Shown here piece by piece: positions 55,952-64,000 of a DNA stretch of 64,000 bases. Position 1 is the first letter of the stretch. Every line of letters begins with the position of its first letter. The notes below the pieces were generated by a model, which saw nothing but the letters and a program-made list of their open reading frames with translations, did not search any database and was not told where the DNA came from. Source of the stretch: Macrostomum lignano (Eukaryota); NCBI GenBank assembly GCA_002269645.1, contig NIVC01000509.1, forward strand, positions 247,449 to 311,448, in the 5' to 3' direction. A program made the position numbers and the translations under genes.

Positions 55952-56408
55952 AGTGGTTCTTTTCTCTCTGATTCTCCTGTAGCTAGCTAGAGTATATATA
56001 TACTATCTAGAGTATAGATATATCGATTTCAACGTTTTCCTATTTTTCACATTAAATAAGTATTTAATTCACCCTTAGTTAGCTCGATCCTAGATAGTTC
56101 TTCTGTGGTGCAGAAGTTTAGTATTGATTTATAGTTAATCATGTTATTCTACACAGCATCAACTTGAACACTCCAACCCGTTACAAAGACTGCAAAATGG
56201 TAGAGACGCGTGAATTTTCATCGGTTGTTAAAATTAAGAGGAGAAATCTACGTAGATGTATCATTTTGATTTAACAAAAATAATTAAGAATATGATTTCG
56301 ATAGATGGAAATTCCGATGAAGACTAAAATTAATTCCGATTGATGAAAAAGTTTCGATTAAAATAAATATTTTTATTTCTTGATGCGTAGTGTCGCTTCA
56401 TCCGAAAC

Positions 56409-59400
56409 TCAAGAAGCATCAGCGGCATCGGCAGGCTCTGGACAGGCCAGGTGCCGTAGCACCAGCCAGATTAGCTCGGCCAGCTCGGCGATGCAGATCA
56501 CGGTGATGCCACTGAATAGGGACAACAGGCCGCCAATCTGGCTGATAAAAGCCGATAGGCCAAGAATGTAATTCTCCGTGACCTTCTTGGCCTGGTTGCT
56601 GTTGAACTGGAACACTACACTGATGAGATTGTCTTCCAGGTAGCTGGCGTTGGCTAGGAGTTTCACCGCCTCGTTGTCGCGACCGGCGGAACGCAGCTGC
56701 AGCGCGGAGGCGTACACCTCTAGACGGTCCTGCGAGGGAAACAGAACACGTAAAAGATGATGCCCCTTTTAGTAGCTTTGGTACTTCTTGATGTAAAAAA
56801 CTGACACTTAATAAAAACAGCAAAAGTATGTCGCATCTGGTGCTGGCGCCCCTGGTGCTGGCGCCCCTGGTGCTGGCGCCCCTGGTGCTGGCGCCCCTGG
56901 TGCTGGCGCCCCTGGTGCTAAAGCCCCTGGTGCTGGCGCCCCTGGTGCTGGCGCCCCTGGTGCTGGCGCCCCTGATGCTGGCGCCCCTGGTGCTGGCGCC
57001 CCTGGTGCTGGCGCCCCTGGTGCTGGCGCCCCTGGTGCTGGCGCGCCCCTGGTGCTGGCGCCCCTGGTGCTGGCGCCCCTGATGCTGGCGCCCCTGGTGC
57101 TGGCGCCCCTGGTGCTGGCGCCCCTGGTGCTGGCGCCCCTTGGTGCTGGCGCCCCTGGTGCTAAAGCCGCTTTTAAAATGAAATTGTAGCGTCCCCTAAA
57201 CTGAGTTCTCGTTCCTCTAAAAACTGGATTCCCAAATAAATGGTCCTGGTTAAACGTCCGTTCTATACTACTGTTAATAACAGCTTAGTTACGCATTTTC
57301 TAAAGCCGTAGATAAAAGGCCTTTCTGTAGAATTTACTAACAGAATAGAATCACTTGATGCCACTGCATAAATTAGAGATGACGTAACCATACTGAATAA
57401 AAAATATATAGATAACCATGAGAAATCATATATAATTATTTCTGTTTAATATCAGCTAACTAACAAAAGCTGCCCAACTCACTTGCATAAGCCGATGCGC
57501 CGACGTGTTAAACACGTAACGCTGAAAGAAGTCCAACGCAGAATTGGCGTCGATTCCCTTGGCCTCGCTGCGAGCCACCGTGAAGCCGACCTGAGTGCAC
57601 AGCGGGTCGCAGCGAGGCTTGCTTGACTCGCGCTTTGGTAGCAGCTTCCCGTCCAGCTGCATCAGGCAGGTGAGATGCGTCAGGTCCAATCCCTTGGACG
57701 AGGGCGTCAAGTTCTGCTTCAGACACGGCGGGTAGGCAGCATCGTCCGTGTGCTCGTCAGGCTGGGAGTGGGGCAGGCAGCTCATGGAGCAGTTGCACAC
57801 CTCCTGTGGGAGGCAAATTCAGACAGCCGCTATTCAATCCAGTTCCATAGACTATCACACCCATTGATGCGAACTCCGTTATAAGTAAACAAAAATGATC
57901 CAAATTTGATTGAAGAGCGAACAACTCCTCAATAGTCACCTCAGTCCAAAAAATAACTTCATGGATCTCATTCCAGCGTCTATTCGTGTATAAAAGTACG
58001 TTTCCAAGAGGAAATTTCTCTCCTTAAAAGAGCGAGTATACCCAATATACCTCGTACACAGTTTTGTCTGTTGTATCCACGCTTGATTAATGTTTTAATG
58101 TTTAGATAGTTCAAACTGTACTTACATTCAGTCGGTCTCCGTAAACGACAGCCATAAATCTAGGTCGGCGCGTAGGCTTTATATACAGTGAAGAAGCATT
58201 TAGCTGTTTGTCCAGGTAATTTCAAGTTTTCTAGTCGCTAAATCTATTCTGTTGATAGTAATTTAACATTTGATTTTATAGCGATAGCAAAGCATGACTA
58301 ATTCCTAAGAGCGACGTTCACTTTGCGTCGCAGAATAAAATTTTTACAATTCCGCGTACCTTATATGTGTCATGCCTGCCCAGGTAGGTGCAGAGATCCG
58401 TTGTGTACTTCACTCGCCATTGCCGGCCAGAAATGTACAGATCGAGCAGTTCCGGTGTCGCAGCGAGACAGTCGCGCTGGTAGACTGTCTGCTTGACCTT
58501 CACATGAACGAAGCTCTGTGTACCAGGCGACAGGCGCAGGCCGTTGCCAATGTCAACTGGGTAGACTTCGCGCTCGTGCAGGTAGACAATTGCGCCAATT
58601 TTCAGACTCTCCGCGTAGTCCATGATGCAGCGGTTGCAGCGCAGGCTGTCAGTGTCCGAGTCCAGCAGGATGTGCAGCACCAGGCGGTACGCTTCGCCCT
58701 CGCCTGAGACGTCGATTGTTGAGCAGGAGAAGAAGCCGGGAACCTTAGGGTTTGTAAATTGTCATGCAGGAAACTTATGAGTACAATTCTAGTTGATCGG
58801 TTTTTGGATTGCAGATGGAACCGTCCATTCGCACAGGGATTAAGCCGTCCATCCACGTACATGTCTTCACCACATCGATGGACGACCAGCTTATCCTCCT
58901 CATACGGCCTCAGAGGCTGTGCCCACCACTACAAGCCGGCATGAAGACTTGAATGCGGCCTAAGGACTTTACTGCTATTCTCGCCCATGTGGAGCCACGC
59001 TCTGATGGCAAAAACCGGCATCCCACCGCTGAGTGGCATCCTCAGACAGCGAAGACAAATAATTTTCGGACATGTGCTCCAGGAGGCACGGACATGGAGA
59101 AGCCAATCCGCTGGCAGCCGTTGTTGCCAACCCACCTCAGAAGGGATTTCGCCGAGGACGAGCTAGCCGGCACCCTGACCCTAATTAACATTAGGAATAC
59201 CAAGCCATTTTCCGCCCGTCGAACTACCAAGGGGGGAATTTCACCATCCCCCTTTACAATATTTTGCCGCTCCGGAACACAAAATTCAAGAACACAGGCT
59301 AACTTTTTGTTGCGCACCTTCTCAGACAATAATCAAGTCGCCAGCCTTCCGGACCGTCGAGATATTCGACGATTATTCCAGAAGGTCGGATTTCAGTGCA

Positions 59401-60406
59401 GCTTTGCCAAGCCTCCAAATTTCATCAGTCCGTCGACCAAGTGTGCTTGCATCAGTTCTGACTTCGTTGACTATGGACTGCACCCTGATACGAATTTCTC
59501 TAGTTTCAATAATCAAGCCTCGAAAGAGGAACTTCGCAACAGCGTGTCCATAGTCACCTGATCCTACCTGCTGAAGGTGCCGACGGCGTCGGGGTGATGA
59601 CGGAATGCTTGAGTGCGTATGTGTATCTAGCTCGTAAAGGTCATGTGATCACTCTAAACGGGGATCTAAACTTGTGTTATATTATGGAGCCCAAAGCAAA
59701 AGTCCGACCCCAGATGGGATCTCTCGATCGGGAGCCTCCTTCTCTGCTCGTACGCGCATCCAACCTGTATTTTTCGCACCCGACCGCAGGGTCGCGACCG
59801 CTTGATGCCATCAGCTGAGACGTAGTGGACCCGACAGCTCTCGGTTAGAATCAGAGGATCCTGGGCTGCCGCAGCGCGTAGCACATCCGCGTCCAGCTGA
59901 TCGTGATAGGCCATGGGAGTGAGCAGCTCCTCCAGATAGGCCGTCAGGTTGTCATCAGACTGGTTGGCCGCTAATTCCCGAATCCGTCGAGCATAGTCTC
60001 TCGGCGTCAACGGCAGCAGCTGAAGCGCCTGTCGTGTTGCTGGGCTGGCGTCACACACGGTGACGCTGGGAAACGGCGGTCGCGGAGTCCACGGCGTCCA
60101 CATCATGACAACGTCGCCTCGCCGATAGACGATGCTCAAGCTCACAATGTTATAGAGCAGGAAGCCGAAGAACACCAAGACGGCCATTGTCCAGAGGGCT
60201 CGAAGGCAGGCGGAGCGAGAGTTGAGAATGCGCGGCAGGCCTCGGACGGTGCTCTTGCGCATGCAGTCCAGCAGCAGACGCTGCAGGTGACCGCGGCTTC
60301 CGGTTGCTGTTTCGCTGGTTGGAGTCGGCTTGACTGCTGATGGATTGGCGTTGCAGGCCATGGGGCTGAGAGTTCGTTTGCCGTGAGCGGCAACCTTTGC
60401 TGACAT
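56409..60406 (-). CDS. DEG/ENaC (amiloride-sensitive Na+ channel family) subunit, 4 exons, 555 aa
   Basis: complement(join(56409..56729,57483..57803,58360..58743,59765..60406)); all introns GT-AG, phase 0. STVRGLPRI, TM1, FPSVTVC, Cys-rich thumb, TM2 ISQIGGLLSLFSGITVICIAE; AATAAA 32 nt past the stop. Confidence 0.9.
56837..57168. repeat. 15-bp GC-rich minisatellite (CTGGTGCTGGCGCCC) x ~22
   Basis: Direct inspection; lies in the last intron of the DEG/ENaC gene. Confidence 0.95.
58953..59561 (+). mobile_element. Degenerate non-LTR RT fragment in DEG/ENaC intron 1
   Basis: RRTTKGGISPSPFTIF is a decayed form of the 'PQGGVLSPLL' motif; similar to 46250-47320. Confidence 0.5.
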
Positions 60407-61449
60407 TGTTCGATCTCGGTGTCAGGCGCTAGTAGACTACCTGTGTACGTTTGTAGATCTCTCTTTTACCTGGATTAGGGTTTAGCCTTCAGGTAGAAAG
60501 TCTAAGGCTGAGAGCCATTGGCTAAACTGCTGGCTGCTTCTACGTGGAAAAATCCCCTTTCCCTAGGAATTATGATTGGTCTGGTTAATAATTCCCTATA
60601 AGTAAGATAACCCGCAACACAAACATCTCCCACTGGTGATCTTTCACTGCATGCGAATTAAATATAGCAGGGATGCCAGGTGCTACCCACTATATGCCAA
60701 AATATATAGTGTTTACAAGCGTGTATTTGCGTACTTATATTTGACTATGACTCGGAGTTTAAGTACACAGCACACCAGTCACGGTATTGATATGATATCC
60801 ATAATGAATTACTGCCTGAAGAACTAGCTGTTCCGTACATAGTCCGTACGTAAGTGACTATGGACACACTGTTGCGACTGTGAAACATCGCTGACCAAGT
60901 CTTTAAACAGCTGGGCAAACCTCAAGTGCTGGACATCATCAACGAGTCTCTTAAGCATTCGGTCGTCATCCTGATGGCGTCGGCGCCTTCAACAGGCGGG
61001 AAACCCTGTTATGAATGAATTTCATAACACGATTTGCGGGTGTATTTAAACAAAAACGTTTTAAGATTTAAGAAATTCTTAGACAGGAATCTTACTCTAA
61101 GATTACTATAAATTAACTGCATTGCGAAACAGTTCTCAAACCCACTCGTGTGCAAAAAAGTGTCCCAAAGCTTCAGCTTGTTGCCATTGGTAACTAAACC
61201 GATATGTTGCCCAGGACTGAAACTTCTTTACATTGTAGTCACGTTTTCCGTATCAGACTCTGCATAGCCTGCATTGCTGCTGTTTAACGCGCACACGCGA
61301 AGATTTATGAGTATAGCTGGGCTGCCAATTTCTTGACAATTGTGTTGAGTCTGCGTGTGCATTATGAGAGCTATATGTAGAATGGGAATAAAAAGGCTTT
61401 AGAGGAGTGCAAACATACACTGCAGCCCATTTGTTTAACTGTAGATTCC

Positions 61450-62035
61450 TCTCCTAATCTCACATGATTCTGTCTCGCAATCTCACCCTGATTCTATCCT
61501 AATCTCACCCGACTCTCTCATAATCTCACCTGATTTTGTCTCAAAATCTCACCTTGATTTTATCCTAATCTCACCTTGACTCTCTCACCTAATCGCATCC
61601 TACGAGCCGTACATGTAACTCTCTCCTAATCTCATCCCAACTCTCTCTCCTAATCTCATCCTGAGTCTCTCTTTTAATCTCACCCTGATTCTATCCTAGT
61701 CTCACCCTGATTCTATCCTAATCTCACCCTGACTCTCTCATAATCTCACCTGATTTTGTCGCAAAATCTCACCCTGATTCTATCCTAATCTCACCCTGAT
61801 TCTATCGTAGTCTCACCCTGATTCTATCCTAATCTCACCCTGATTCTATCCTAATCTCATCCTGATTCTATCCAAATCTCATCCTGATTCTGTCCCAATC
61901 TCACCCTGATTCTGTCCTAATCTCACCCTGATTCTATCCTAATCTCATCCTGATTCTATCCAAATCTCATCCTGATTCTGTCCCAATCTCACCCTGATTC
62001 TGTCCTAATCTCACCCTGATTCTATCCAAATCTCA
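61450..62035. repeat. 22-bp minisatellite (TCTCACCCTGATTCTATCCTAA) x ~27
   Basis: Direct inspection; more degenerate at the 5' end. Confidence 0.92.
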
Positions 62036-62387
62036 GCCGGATTCTTTGAACAAAAGTTCCAGTACGAATGAACCAGCCCTAGTTTGCTGTCTTCTATAAG
62101 CGAATAACAGTTTCCCTAGCCGAAAAAGGTCACGGAAAGAAAGAGAAAAAAGTATGTCTTTAATCCACAGTGGAGTTGGGCGTAGGCACGCTGAGGGGGC
62201 ACAGAACCTGCAGCCCTGCCATCAATCAACTGTGTCTTCCAGTGAAACTTTGTGAAAGCGCATTTTTTAGCAGACTGGACTAATAACCTATAGCAGTGCA
62301 GACCATTTTTGTGCAACAATAATAATCGCGTTAAGAAGTATATTCACCGTAACAAAATCTAAATAATTCACAAAATAGGCGATTCAT

Positions 62388-62520
62388 AGAAAAGACAATT
62401 CACGGAAAGACAATTTACAGTAATGATGATAATTCACAGAGAAGACAATACACAGAAAAAAACAATTTGCAGAAAAGACAATTCACAAAGGAAATTCACA
62501 GAAAAGGCAATTCACAGCAG
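62388..62520. repeat. Short degenerate tandem repeat (AAAGACAATTCACAG)
   Basis: About 7 imperfect units. Confidence 0.6.
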
Positions 62521-62840
62521 ACAGAGAGGATCTAGCAGTGTCTGTACGCTTCGAAGGCGCATGCTCTTTTATTCGCCATGACCAGCCAGTGACGTACCCA
62601 AACTACAGCACGCACTTATCCAACCGCACCTATTACTCGCAATGCATAAGTTTTTATTGCCCAGACAAACAGAAAAATCCCGCATGATCTATTGTCAGCG
62701 ACTAGCTAGTTTTGTGGCAGATTTACGAGGATGAAAATTTCACAGCCAAGCCTTTGCTTGTGCAGGTTCTCTCGACTAAAGCTGGCGTCTCCCCTCTGTA
62801 GCTGGCGTCTCCTCTGTAGCTGGCGCCTCCCCCTGTAGCT

Positions 62841-63802
62841 TGACTTACTTGACTTAGCTGCAGGGGGCGTCCGGCGGATGCAGCGAGGAGGCGGAGGAGA
62901 CCGCCCATGCCGCTAGCCCTGGCGACCAATGACTTCCATCGAAGCGATGTCGCTCAGGGGGACCCGTCGGTCTCGCCTGCAGCGCGGTCCTCCTCACCAG
63001 CGGTAGGGAAGAAGTCAGCTCGTCCCGTGTCCCTGAGGTACCGGGCGAGCAGCGGGATGCTCTCGGGCCTGCAAACGTCGGAGAGAACCGGGTTTGGCCC
63101 GAGGTGAGTGAGCCTGGCCCTGGTCAAAACCGGGCAGTGGCAGATAGTGCTCGGCGTTTTCACTGCCTGAGCGGCAGAAGGGGCACCGCTCCTCGGGTAC
63201 TGGCCCTGAAGGACGACCATGCTAACTGCTCTGAGGTCTCTGCGGTTGAGCCTGAGGAGGGCTCTACACAGGAGGGTGGAGGGACAGGGGACGGCAGCAC
63301 GGGATTGCCTGCAATTCAGGGTTTCGTGCCACCTGCGGAGATGCTCGGAATCAGTCCAGCGCTTAACGCGGAGTTGATCACCGAGGCGGGGATGAGGGCC
63401 CCCGGGCCGGCCCCAGCAAGTCAGCCCGCTCGTTGCCGAGGAAACCAGCACAGCCAGGATCCATCTTAGCTCCACCTGGTTGCCTAGCGCAAGCCCGATG
63501 AGCTGGGCGTTGCAGTTGCAGTCCAGGACAGATCTGGAGCGGCAGAGGGCCGAAGGCCTGCTTGGCTGTCAGAGTGAAAAATAAATTTTCGATCGCTGAG
63601 CTGCCTTCGGCGCAGCTCTGCGCGCAGGAGCTGATGGGAAGCATCTCGCTCTGAAAACACTGGAGTTGAGTTGAGTCCAGTGTGCTGGGAGTAGCTCCAC
63701 ACCACTTCTCCATTGAAGAAGACGCAAGCTCCGAAGCCCGGAAAGACCATGCCTCATTGAGCCGTCAGTGTAACAGTGGACTTCAGAATCGCTCCAGCTG
63801 TT
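62841..63802 (-). mobile_element. 5'-truncated RNase H-bearing LINE (I/R1/LOA-group-like)
   Basis: RNase H motifs (FIFHSDSQA, FLGNERADLL) and C-terminal (NCRQSRAA..LLRLNRRDLR..ICHCPVL); (AAGTC/AAGT) tail; 11-bp direct repeat CCCCTGTAGCT at 62830-62840 and 63803-63813. Confidence 0.8.
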
Positions 63803-64000
63803 CCCCTGTAGCTGGCGCCCCTAGCTGCATGGCGCCCCTTTTCATCACTTCCTCAGTCCGTCCAAACGTGTTGCATCGTCTGCGACTCCAGCTAGTTGGC
63901 CAATTCATCGCGCCAAGTTGCTACTGTACTGCACACGGCTGGTGCAGCAGCGACTGCTTGCAGGCACCCAACTACGAGGTCTGGAGCGCCCACAGCGCTA

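Larger units (their letters stand above)
11075..57852. repeat. Dispersed 8-bp motif CCATAGAC/GTCTATGG (consensus RCCATAGACW), ~35 perfect copies
   Basis: Hand-counted. + orientation: 11075, 11298, 11405, 22088, 26405, 26773, 30334, 31627, 39550, 46597, 46635, 48139, 49278, 49515, 51075, 55299, 57845. - orientation: 11617, 11693, 11873, 14483, 22317, 22330, 22337, 25929, 29687, 30094, 46891, 48032, 48928, 49383, 50258, 50318, 50509, 50666. Confidence 0.9.

Noticed and set aside
56828-57082. LVLAP-repeat ORF
   Set aside because: Translation of an intronic 15-bp minisatellite on the strand opposite the host gene.

Overview
Eukaryotic (metazoan) genomic DNA with GT-AG introns. The repeat style suggests an invertebrate, possibly a flatworm, but the sequence alone cannot confirm this. 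No prokaryotic operons, rRNA/tRNA genes or CRISPR arrays were found. Two host genes lie tail-to-tail. (1) A full-length RNF213/mysterin-like AAA+ ATPase/E3 ligase on the + strand, reconstructed by hand as 19 phase-compatible coding exons (6432-53487, 16,365 nt, 5,454 aa). It carries N-terminal Zn ribbons, 53 in-frame 10-aa repeats, a CBM20-like domain, the AAA ring, a RING with Asp in place of the His ligand, and an intact RZ finger split by a 35-nt micro-exon. (2) A 4-exon DEG/ENaC channel on the - strand (56409-60406, 555 aa). The introns are packed with nested mobile DNA: mariner, DD37E Tc1, P/THAP elements, Gypsy, Penelope, LINEs, foldback MITEs and a Crypton-type tyrosine-recombinase fragment. 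The main unexplained signal is the 8-mer CCATAGAC/GTCTATGG: about 35 perfect copies by hand count against about 2 expected. None were seen in host exons. It is shared by unrelated element families and directly brackets the recombinase fragment.
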